Source: Verrucomicrobiota bacterium
GTDB lineage: Bacteria > Verrucomicrobiota > Verrucomicrobiia > Limisphaerales > UBA11358
Reading direction: 5' to 3'
Length of the DNA stretch: 64,000 nt
Assembly: GCA_049522015.1 (NCBI GenBank)
Contig: JBEKOG010000010.1
Span: forward strand, 21,840-85,839
Positions 45,540 through 54,155 of the stretch are shown in pieces; within the stretch, counting starts at the first letter, position 1; the number at the start of each line of letters is the position of its first letter. The notes below the pieces were generated by a model that saw only the letters and a list, made by a program, of their open reading frames with translations, was not told the DNA's origin and made no database searches. The translations under genes were made by a program, and so were the position numbers.

Positions 45540-47711
45540 TCAATACTTTTGTTTAATCCCGATCCTGTCGGTGTCGTCGGAATCTTTTCCCTTGGCGGGG
45601 GTTTCCAGAGCGTCTTCGTTGCGCGTGTAGTAATAATTGCCGTGATAGTAGCCGGTATAGTAGTAATAGCTTTCGTCCTGCGACATGTTGATGTTGTTGA
45701 GGAGGATGCCGATGAGGTTGCCACCGACTTTTTCGATCAATTGCTTGGCGCGGATGCTCATGGGCTGTGGATAGCGGCGGTATTGAATAACCTGAATGAC
45801 CATGTCCACTTCACTGGCCAGGACCGAGGCGTCGCTCACACCCAGAATGGGCGGCGAATCGAAGAAGATGAAATCGTATCGCTGCTTCAATTCGGCGACC
45901 ATTTCCTTCATCTGCGCCGAACCGAGAATGCTCATCGAAGTGCTCGGCAGTTTGCCGCTGGCCATGAAGTCAAGCATCGGCACGCTGGTGGTCTGGATGA
46001 CTTCTTCGAGTTGGTTTTGTTTCAGCAGATAATTGGTCAGGCCGATGTTGTTGCCGACGTGCAACTGTTTATGCAGTGTCGGACGGCGCAGGTCGGAATC
46101 CACGACCAAGATGCGCTGGCCGGCTTGAGCAAACACCGTGGCCAGGTTCACGACGGTGATGGATTTGCCTTCTCCCGCGCCGGCGCTGACGACGACAATG
46201 GTGTTGAGCTTTTCGTCCTTGCGTGAGAACAGGATGTTGGTGCGCAGCACGCGGTAGGCCTCGGCGTGCGGGCTTTCGAGGCCTTCGTCCACCAAGTAGC
46301 CGACGTTTTGCGGGATAACGCCAAGTACCGGCGATTGGAACGCACGCTCCACCTCGTCAATCGTCTTGACGCTGGTATCCAGATATTCAATGAAGAAGGC
46401 CAAACCGACCCCCATGATCAAGCCAATGACAACACCGAGAACGATGTTCAATGTCTTGTTTGGTTTGACGGGGTTGTCTCCAGGCTCGGCCGGGCCGGTA
46501 ATTTCCACAATTGAAGTTTTGGGAATTTCAAGATCGAGCTTTTCCGCTTCGATTTTGGCGGCAAGCAGCCTGTGAAATTCGATCATGTTTCCCAACTGGC
46601 GTTTTTCCAACCAGTAAGGCTGGCCTTTGGTGTAATCCGTTTGATCTTTTTCTTTGGCTGTCTCAACGCTGGCGGTGAGTGCGTCGAGTGCAGCTTTCTC
46701 TGACTGAACTTGGTTTTCCAAACTGGCCATGATGCCGGCGACCCGGGCGTCAATCTGGCGATTCAACTCTTCAATCATGGATTGGAGACGGGCGATATGT
46801 AGATCGGCCGGTGAATAGTCGTTTGTCAAAGTGACGAATGACTGTTGAGCCTCATGCAGTTTGTTCAACAAATCGGACAGGGCTGGATCCGGGATCAACG
46901 TGGGCAGAACGTCTCTCTGTTTATCCGGGCTTAGGGCCTGAAGTTGGGTCAGTTGTTTATCCAGTTTCATGTAGCGCGTCTCGCCTTCGAGACGCATGGC
47001 GTTGTAGTTGCGCAATTGCTCCTGCGAGAGCGTAGGCGTGGGGATCATGGAGTTGGGATCACTGTCATTGACGCTCAATTCCTTGCGCAGGTTGTCCACG
47101 TTGGTTTGAACGGCTTGGATTTGCTCTCCTTCCGACTGGAACTGATCTTCCAAAACCTTGATGCCATTCAGGGTGAGTTGCCTGCGCAGATGGAGGCGGT
47201 AATCGCGGTAGGTTTCGGCAATGACATTGGCGAGCCGCGCCGCTTCGTTTTTGTCTTCGCTATAGACGGTGATTCCAATGAGCTTGGTGTTGCGCACGGG
47301 CATCAGGCTCATTCGTCGCTTGAGAAATTCCATGGTCTCGGGAGTTTTGAGTGTCTCGCCGCCAAAGTATTTTTTGCCCCACTCGACGTTCAGGTTCAGG
47401 GTTTCGATGACTTTTCCCAAAACAACACGATCCTGGATGATTTCAAATTCGGTCTGAATGAAATAAGGGTCGTAAGCCGCGTATGGCACCTCGCCGCTAA
47501 CACCTCGAATGTCTGAGATGGTGTCGGGTTCGATTCTGATTCGGGCCGTGCTGGCGTAGGATTCGGGCAAAAGGAAGGTTACCGCTGTGGCGACAATGGC
47601 GGTAATCAGAAAAACAGTGATGATGATGGCCTTGCGAATGCGGATGATGCGCCAATAGTCCAGGAAGTGCAGCTTGGTTTCCTGTTGCGGCTGATTTTGT
47701 AATGAATCCAT
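45540..47711 (-). CDS. Polysaccharide co-polymerase / BY-kinase (Wzc/GumC-like) with Tyr-rich tail
   Basis: Wzz-type N-terminus plus long coiled coil; second TM; P-loop VVVSAGAGEGKSITVVNLA, DSDLRRP, FDSPP; tail ESYYYYTGYYHGNYYYT. Confidence 0.88.
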   Translation of the reverse strand: MDSLQNQPQQETKLHFLDYWRIIRIRKAIIITVFLITAIVATAVTFLLPESYASTARIRIEPDTISDIRGVSGEVPYAAYDPYFIQTEFEIIQDRVVLGKVIETLNLNVEWGKKYFGGETLKTPETMEFLKRRMSLMPVRNTKLIGITVYSEDKNEAARLANVIAETYRDYRLHLRRQLTLNGIKVLEDQFQSEGEQIQAVQTNVDNLRKELSVNDSDPNSMIPTPTLSQEQLRNYNAMRLEGETRYMKLDKQLTQLQALSPDKQRDVLPTLIPDPALSDLLNKLHEAQQSFVTLTNDYSPADLHIARLQSMIEELNRQIDARVAGIMASLENQVQSEKAALDALTASVETAKEKDQTDYTKGQPYWLEKRQLGNMIEFHRLLAAKIEAEKLDLEIPKTSIVEITGPAEPGDNPVKPNKTLNIVLGVVIGLIMGVGLAFFIEYLDTSVKTIDEVERAFQSPVLGVIPQNVGYLVDEGLESPHAEAYRVLRTNILFSRKDEKLNTIVVVSAGAGEGKSITVVNLATVFAQAGQRILVVDSDLRRPTLHKQLHVGNNIGLTNYLLKQNQLEEVIQTTSVPMLDFMASGKLPSTSMSILGSAQMKEMVAELKQRYDFIFFDSPPILGVSDASVLASEVDMVIQVIQYRRYPQPMSIRAKQLIEKVGGNLIGILLNNINMSQDESYYYYTGYYHGNYYYTRNEDALETPAKGKDSDDTDRIGIKQKY

Positions 47712-47794
47712 ATGTCGGGAAAAAATAATGGAAGCCAGACCATTGACCCGGCTCCCGTCTAAACGTTCAAAACAATTTGGTTTGACACGGCCGG

Positions 47795-49093
47795 CTAATA
47801 GGCGGCTGTAACTCCCAAATAAACGCGGTTGCGCGTGTAACTGTTTCCTGGAATTTGAGAGGCAAAATCATCAAGATTGTAGCCGGCATCAACTGAAAAA
47901 TGCTGGTTGAAACTATACGACAGGTTCACACCCAAATTATAGTAATTAACCCCCACATTGTTGTAATAGCCTTCGTTGTATACCGAGTGTTGCCAGCGCC
48001 CAATGACTGAGCCCAGCAGCTTGGGTGTCAATTTGTGGTTGATGGAAGCGTAAAGCGTGGAACTTTCCTGGTTCTGCGTAATACGCCCTTGGGCGTCCGG
48101 CGCAACCTGGTCCGTTGCATTCTGCGATTCCGTGAAACCAATCTGCGCATAGCTGCCCGGAGCATAGGTGTAGGTAGCCGACATGACCGCATAAGGGGCC
48201 AGCGATGGCGAGCTAAGCGGATCGTTGTAAGTCTCCGTATATTGAAAGCCGCCCTGTGCGTTCACAGACAGATTCGGCAGAAAGGCGTGTTGAACACCGA
48301 CATAACCGATGTAGGAACGACTGTCACGATCTTGGCTGTAATAAAACGGGTTGCCGGTAATAACATAAAGCGGATACGAGATGGCAATTTGCTCATCCGC
48401 CGTATAATTCACCAGCCCAAAGTTGCCACCGATCAGGACCACGGTTTCCGGCCGGACCTGCCATTGCAAATTCAGCCACACTGATTGTTCAATCCGATTC
48501 AGCAGGCCGGCAAGGCTGGGATTTAAATAATTACCGCCACTGTTTTGGTAGTCGTAAAATGAGTTTTGATAGCCCAACACGGTGCTGAATAACCGCGTCC
48601 AAATCGTGTTCAGAGTTAGGGTGCCCGTGTTGCGGATGTTATTTCCCTCAGTGCGGGTAGGCACAGAAGTATTGGGATCAATCAATTCCGGCTCCTGTCC
48701 CATAACAAACGAATCCTGCACTCTTGCCTCCCAGCGTTCGGTGAACGCGTGATCCACCCATAAATCGAATTGATGGCTCTGATCAATCGGATTTTGGCCA
48801 AGAGTTTCCCGATCTTGATAATAATACAAACCGTAAATGTAACGCATCCCCAACTCGGTTTGTTGCAGTGGCACGTTAAGCTCAAGTTGGGGGGAAAACT
48901 CAAAACCGAAGCTGCCTCGTTTGTCCCCCGATGACGCTGAAGCTGTTAGGTAATTGTCATCATAAAACCCCCGCAGCGTGCCCGAAACACTCCACATGGA
49001 AGCCGACGTGGAATTCCAGTCAGGGGCATAGGCTCCCTGAAGGCTGGCCGTCCCAGCAGCAATGAGTCCCACAGAGAAAAAAAACTTCTTCAT
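47795..49093 (-). CDS. Putative outer-membrane beta-barrel protein of the polysaccharide export operon
   Basis: Signal peptide MKKFFFSVGLIAAGTASLQGAYA; alternating aromatic/polar strands; terminal YLGVTAAY. Confidence 0.5.
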   Translation of the reverse strand: MKKFFFSVGLIAAGTASLQGAYAPDWNSTSASMWSVSGTLRGFYDDNYLTASASSGDKRGSFGFEFSPQLELNVPLQQTELGMRYIYGLYYYQDRETLGQNPIDQSHQFDLWVDHAFTERWEARVQDSFVMGQEPELIDPNTSVPTRTEGNNIRNTGTLTLNTIWTRLFSTVLGYQNSFYDYQNSGGNYLNPSLAGLLNRIEQSVWLNLQWQVRPETVVLIGGNFGLVNYTADEQIAISYPLYVITGNPFYYSQDRDSRSYIGYVGVQHAFLPNLSVNAQGGFQYTETYNDPLSSPSLAPYAVMSATYTYAPGSYAQIGFTESQNATDQVAPDAQGRITQNQESSTLYASINHKLTPKLLGSVIGRWQHSVYNEGYYNNVGVNYYNLGVNLSYSFNQHFSVDAGYNLDDFASQIPGNSYTRNRVYLGVTAAY

Positions 49094-49280
49094 ATCGCTA
49101 CCTCACCGGGTCATTCGTTTAGACCGTTCAAGCCCTTTTGCATTCAAACATTTCAAAAAATATGCCAACGACCAATAATTTTGTTAAAGTTACCAACAAA
49201 ATATTACCACAGTCAAAGTATTTTTTAGCATTTTTTTTGCTTATTTGGACAGCAAAAAGTCCTTAAAAATCCAGCATGCC

Positions 49281-51032
49281 TCAACCATGCAAGTGCTTGC
49301 GTTTTAATTCCTTCCGCAGCGATTTTAAGGCAAGAGTATTGACGACGTCTGTTTTTTCCAGCCAACCCTTGCGCGCGATTCCCGCGCCCAGCCTGAGAAA
49401 ACCAGCGTGTTCATTCCGGTGCGCGTCCGGGTTGATGACGCATTTCACGCCCCTGCTTTTTGCGTAAGGCCATAACCGCCAGTCCAAGTCAAACCGGTGC
49501 GGATTACAATTCAGCTCAATCCATGTTCCAGTCTCAGCACACGCATCAATCACCGCCGGCACGTTGACTGGATACGGTTCGCGTTCCAAAAGCAGCCGGC
49601 CGGTTGGGTGACCGATAATGTGGACAAATTTGTTTTCCGCCGCCCGAATCAAACGTTTTGTGTTCTCCGCCTCGCCGCTGGCTGGAACGTGCAAGCTTGC
49701 CACCACCACATCCAGTTCTGCGAGCAATTCGTCGTTGAAATCCAGCCGGTCGCGCAAAATGTCCACTTCGGTTCCGGTGAGCAGACAAAAAGCGCTGCCG
49801 CGTTCGGCAAGCTGCCCGTTAATCTTTTTGATTTCCTTGATTTGCTCGCGAACACGTTTTGCGTCGAGACCATTCGCCTGAAACGACGACTTCGAATGGT
49901 CGGTGATCGCCCAGTATGCCAAACCAAGTTCTTCCATGTATTCGGCAATTTCCTCAAGCCGATTGTGGCCGTCACTCCACGTCGAGTGATTGTGCAGCGC
50001 GCCTTTCAAATCCGTCCATTCGATGAGCCGCGGCAAATCGTTCTTTTCACCCGCCGCAAATTCTCCATGATCTTCACGCAATTCAGGCGGCACAAACGGC
50101 AAATCCAGTTTCGCAAAAATTTCCGTTTCGTCCCGGCATGGCACAAGCAGCTTGGGGTCGCGCGTCTCTTCCTTCGATTTGAACAAGCCGTATTCGTTGA
50201 GCCGCAGGCCGCGCTGAATCGCCCGCTGGCGCATGACGATGTTGTGCTCCTTGCTGCCGGTGAAATACGCCAGCGCAAACGGAAATTCCCTGTCGCTCAC
50301 CACGCGCAAGTCGCATTGAATGCCACCGTCCAGAATGACGCTGGCCTTTGTTTCACCCCTGGCGGTGACTTTGATGATGTCCGGCTGCGCGACAAACCCC
50401 CCAATTACCTCCGACGGCTTTTTCGACGATGCCAGCAAATCAATGTCGCCGATGACTTCCTTGACCCGCCGCAGACTGCCGGCAGCGCTACATCGGATGA
50501 CGTCAGGGTGCCCGCGCAAACCGTCGAGCAACGGTTCGGCGGCGCGCAACGCTTCGCTCAACAAATGTTTCGAAGCGTAAGTGCGGCGGCGCTCAATGCC
50601 TTCGAGCAAATTTGACTGCGTTTTTTCACCAAAGCCGTCGAGTTCGGCCACTTTGCCAGCATGGCAGGCAGCTTCGAGTTTCTTGACCGAATCCACGCCG
50701 AGTTTTTGGTTGAGCGCCTGGATCTTCTTCGGGCCCAGCCCGGGAATTTCCAGCATCTCAATCAAACCGGGTGGAATCGAAGCTTTCAACTCATCGTAAT
50801 ACTTCAATTTGCCGGTGGTGACGAGTTCGGTGATTTTTTGCGTTAGCGCTTCGCCGACACCTTTGATTTCGCCCAGCCGATTTTCGGCGACAATTTTTGA
50901 CAGCGGCTCGCTCAGACCTTCAATCGTTCGCGCGGCATTCACGTAGGCCCGCGTCTTGAACGGATTTTCGCCCTTCAATTCCAGCAGGGTGCCGATTTCG
51001 GCCAAAATTTCCGCGACTTGCTCTTTGTCCAT
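49281..51032 (-). CDS. polX: Family X DNA polymerase with C-terminal PHP domain (PolX)
   Basis: HhH N-terminus (ENPFKTRAY...), GSLRR...GDIDLL nucleotidyltransferase motif, PHP motif LHNHSTWSDG and ITDHS. Confidence 0.9.
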   Translation of the reverse strand: MDKEQVAEILAEIGTLLELKGENPFKTRAYVNAARTIEGLSEPLSKIVAENRLGEIKGVGEALTQKITELVTTGKLKYYDELKASIPPGLIEMLEIPGLGPKKIQALNQKLGVDSVKKLEAACHAGKVAELDGFGEKTQSNLLEGIERRRTYASKHLLSEALRAAEPLLDGLRGHPDVIRCSAAGSLRRVKEVIGDIDLLASSKKPSEVIGGFVAQPDIIKVTARGETKASVILDGGIQCDLRVVSDREFPFALAYFTGSKEHNIVMRQRAIQRGLRLNEYGLFKSKEETRDPKLLVPCRDETEIFAKLDLPFVPPELREDHGEFAAGEKNDLPRLIEWTDLKGALHNHSTWSDGHNRLEEIAEYMEELGLAYWAITDHSKSSFQANGLDAKRVREQIKEIKKINGQLAERGSAFCLLTGTEVDILRDRLDFNDELLAELDVVVASLHVPASGEAENTKRLIRAAENKFVHIIGHPTGRLLLEREPYPVNVPAVIDACAETGTWIELNCNPHRFDLDWRLWPYAKSRGVKCVINPDAHRNEHAGFLRLGAGIARKGWLEKTDVVNTLALKSLRKELKRKHLHG

Positions 51033-51124
51033 GCACTTGAGTATAAGCGTATAAGGACGAGTTCCAAAGAGAAAGTGGGTGAAGGCGTGAGTTCCTTTCT
51101 GGCCCGAAAAACGCTTCCTAAACC

Positions 51125-51152
51125 GCAGGTCAGAAAGAGCAGGTCAGAAAGA
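51125..51152. repeat. Tandem 14-bp direct repeat abutting a TTGACA box
   Basis: GCAGGTCAGAAAGA x2 (51125-51138 and 51139-51152), immediately followed by TTGACA (51153-51158). Confidence 0.6.
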
Positions 51153-51288
51153 TTGACAGAATCTAATTTTGTGATTAGATACATTTGATTTGCTTGGAAA
51201 GGCTTATGCAACAATCTGAAGGTTTAACAATCAAGATTGTCAGATTGATTAAAGTGCAGCCGGAAATGAAATTATAGGACTTAAAAGT

Positions 51289-53268
51289 ATGGAAAATTTG
51301 ATATTTCCCCGGGAATATATGCGGGCGGCATTGATGGTATCGCTGTTAAGCGTGTGGGTGCTGGTGGGGCTTTTTTACTACCTGAATCGTTACACCAAAC
51401 GGGACTATTTCACCGTGTGGACTGCGGCATGGTTGTTTTATGCGCTGTGGCTGACGTTAAGCCTCCAGATGCAGAAGACTCCGCCTGACAGCGTCTTTTT
51501 CATGATCAAGGAGGGTTGTGTGGCGATTTCGGCGGTCTTTCTTTTGTGGGGCAGCTTGCGTTTTCTCAGCCTCCCCGTTCGGCAGACGTTGTTTGGTCTG
51601 TTCATGGTGTTCCTGCTGGTTTGGACCCTCGTCAGTCCGCAAATCCTCTCAAGTACATTGCAAATTCAGTTGCCGGTCTTTATTCTGCTTGGTTCCGGCA
51701 GTATTTTTGCCGGGGCTTGTTTCTTCCGGCTGCGGAAGAAAATGCCGTTCGTGGGCGCGGGCATGCTGGCGCTGGGATTCTTTCTGTGGGGATTCTACTT
51801 GGGGAGTTATCCGTTTTCGCAGCAATACGACAACCTGTTCAGCGCCGGTTTTTTTGTGGCCGCGGTGCTGCAGCTCTTCATTGCCGTCAGCATGATTGTG
51901 CTCGTCTTGGAGGAGGTCCGGTACAAAAATGAGCAGACGATTGCCGAAATCGCGGCGGTTCGTTCGGAGAAGGAGGCCTTGCAGGTCAAAGTCATCACCA
52001 CCGAGGAACAATGCCGCAGCCTTTATGATCAAGTGCGCGTCACCGAGGGACTTCAGAGAGCTTATGAAGAGTTGCGCCGGACCCAGCAAATGGTTGTGCA
52101 GCAGGAGCGCCTCCGCGCCTTGGGACAGATGGCCAGCGGTGTTGCCCACGATGTCAACAACGCGCTGTCTCCCATTGTCGCCTATTCGGAACTGCTGCTG
52201 AGTACGCTGCCGGATTTGCCGGAGGCCTCAAGGCATTACCTGCAAACCATCAACCAGGCGGGCGGAGACATAGCTCAAATCGTCACCCGCATGCGGGAGT
52301 TCTATCGGCGTCGCTCTGATGCGGAACCATTGCTCCCGGTGAACATTAATCAGATTATCGAAGAAGTAATCGAACTCACCCGGCCGCGCTGGCGCGACCT
52401 TTCGCAGCGCCAGGGCATCTCCATCCAGATCCAACACGAACTGGAACCCCAACCGCCGCTGCTGCTGAGTGATCCCAGCGAACTCCGGGAAGCGCTGATC
52501 AACCTGGTCTTCAATGCGGTGGACGCCATGCCGCAAGGCGGCACCATCACCTTTGTCACTCGTTCCATTAGTGGTCCCGTTTCGGAAGAGAGTGGGGCCT
52601 CCGAGCGGCAGCTTCAGGTCGAAGTGAAGGACAACGGCCTTGGCATGGATGAAAAAACACGGCAACGTTGTCTGGAGCCGTTTTTTTCCACCAAGGCTCA
52701 GCGCGGCGGCACTGGACTCGGTCTGGCGATGGTTTACGGAATGATGCAACGCCACGACGGCACCATTGAGATTGACAGTGCTCCCGGCCGCGGCACCTGT
52801 TTCCGGCTCACTTTTCCCATTCGGGAAAAATCTTCGCAAACCGCCCGGGGCGCTTTGCCGCAAGTCAAACCGAAGCGCTCCCTTCACATCCTCTGTATTG
52901 ATGACGACGCGCAGGTCCGGCAACTTCTGGACGATTGTCTCACTCACTTCAATCATCGGGTGATGGTTGCCTCCGGCGGGGAGCACGGAATGGAATTGTT
53001 CCGCACCGCCATGCAGAAAAACCAGCCCTATGAAGTGGTCATTACGGATCTGGGCATGCCAAAGATGGATGGACACCAAGTGGCCCGAACCATCAAGGCG
53101 GAGTCCCCCAACACACCCGTCATCATGATGACCGGCTGGGGCACGATAATGAAGGAAGAGGGGGAAACGGCTTCAGAAGTGGACGCCGTAATCGGCAAGC
53201 CACCGCGCATGAATGAACTAAACGACTTGCTTCTCCGGATTACTGCGTCGGACAAACGCCACGCTTGA
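51289..53268 (+). CDS. Hybrid sensor histidine kinase / response regulator with multi-TM N-terminal sensor
   Basis: 659 aa; about 6 TM helices; H-box MASGVAHDVNNALSPIV; N-box NLVFNAVDAM; G-boxes DNGLGMD and GTGLGLAMV; REC domain ILCIDDD...VITDLGMPKMDG...IGKP. Confidence 0.9.
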   Translation: MENLIFPREYMRAALMVSLLSVWVLVGLFYYLNRYTKRDYFTVWTAAWLFYALWLTLSLQMQKTPPDSVFFMIKEGCVAISAVFLLWGSLRFLSLPVRQTLFGLFMVFLLVWTLVSPQILSSTLQIQLPVFILLGSGSIFAGACFFRLRKKMPFVGAGMLALGFFLWGFYLGSYPFSQQYDNLFSAGFFVAAVLQLFIAVSMIVLVLEEVRYKNEQTIAEIAAVRSEKEALQVKVITTEEQCRSLYDQVRVTEGLQRAYEELRRTQQMVVQQERLRALGQMASGVAHDVNNALSPIVAYSELLLSTLPDLPEASRHYLQTINQAGGDIAQIVTRMREFYRRRSDAEPLLPVNINQIIEEVIELTRPRWRDLSQRQGISIQIQHELEPQPPLLLSDPSELREALINLVFNAVDAMPQGGTITFVTRSISGPVSEESGASERQLQVEVKDNGLGMDEKTRQRCLEPFFSTKAQRGGTGLGLAMVYGMMQRHDGTIEIDSAPGRGTCFRLTFPIREKSSQTARGALPQVKPKRSLHILCIDDDAQVRQLLDDCLTHFNHRVMVASGGEHGMELFRTAMQKNQPYEVVITDLGMPKMDGHQVARTIKAESPNTPVIMMTGWGTIMKEEGETASEVDAVIGKPPRMNELNDLLLRITASDKRHA

Positions 53269-53347
53269 GACGGTCCGGGCAACCCAAGTCCCCGCCGGCC
53301 GGTCTTTTTCCGTGCCGTTTTGTGCGAATGCCGGTAAGTTCAAACTC

Positions 53348-54142
53348 ATGTCACGGATCGTGAAATGGCCGGTGGCGCTTACCATTGCCGGCTCCGACAG
53401 CGGCGGCGGCGCCGGCATTCAGGCCGATTTGAAAACCTTCGCCGCGCTTGGCGTTCACGGCGCGAGTGTCATCACCTGCCTCACCGCGCAAAATCCCCGG
53501 CGTGTTCTCGCCGTCGAACCGTGTTCGCCTGAAATTGTGCGGCAGCAAATGAAAGCCGTGTTCGAGGAATTACAGCCGGCGGCGGTGAAAACCGGCATGT
53601 TGTTTTCAGCGGAAATCATTCGTGCCCTTGTCGATTTTTTCAAAAAGCAAAAGTGCCCGCCGCTCGTGGTCGATCCGGTCATGATTTCAACCAGCGGCGC
53701 GCCATTGCTGAAACCGGCGGCGATTAAAATTTTACGGGAACAATTGCTGCCGCTCGCAATGCTGGTCACCCCCAACCTCGACGAAACCGGGATTTTGACC
53801 GGTTGCAAAATTGCGTCCGTTGAAAACATGCGCGTGGCGGCGCGGGAAATCCACGCGCGGTTCGGCTGCGCTGCGCTGGTCAAAGGCGGCCATTTGCGCG
53901 GGATGCGCGAGGCGGTGGATATTTTTTTTGACGGCCGGACGGAATTGCTGTTGAGCGCGCCGTTTATCAAAGGCGTCTCGACTCACGGCACGGGCTGCAC
54001 TTATTCGGCGGCCATCGTGGCGGCGCTGGCGTCGAACCATGATTTGCCGCGCGCGGTTGAAATCGGCAAACGCCACGTGACCGCAGCCATCACGCGGAGT
54101 TATCGCATCGGGAAACATTTCGCGCTCGGACACTTTGCCTGA
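53348..54142 (+). CDS. thiD: Hydroxymethylpyrimidine / phosphomethylpyrimidine kinase ThiD
   Basis: ALTIAGSDSGGGAGIQADLKTF, AVKTGML, VVDPVM, VTPNLDE, VKGGHL, THGTGCTYSAAI. Confidence 0.92.
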   Translation: MSRIVKWPVALTIAGSDSGGGAGIQADLKTFAALGVHGASVITCLTAQNPRRVLAVEPCSPEIVRQQMKAVFEELQPAAVKTGMLFSAEIIRALVDFFKKQKCPPLVVDPVMISTSGAPLLKPAAIKILREQLLPLAMLVTPNLDETGILTGCKIASVENMRVAAREIHARFGCAALVKGGHLRGMREAVDIFFDGRTELLLSAPFIKGVSTHGTGCTYSAAIVAALASNHDLPRAVEIGKRHVTAAITRSYRIGKHFALGHFA

Positions 54143-54155
54143 GCGCCTGAAATCG

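Noticed and set aside
51125-51152. CRISPR-like array (also considered at 61602-61632 and 60609-60702)
   Set aside because: The repeat units are 7-21 nt, directly adjacent or with irregular spacing, and have at most 2-4 copies. No spacers of 25-40 nt and no cas genes are present.
53269-53347. Possible TPP riboswitch upstream of thiD
   Set aside because: The spacer is only about 80 nt, and I could not find the conserved CUGAGA / ACCUGAUCUGGAU-type elements.
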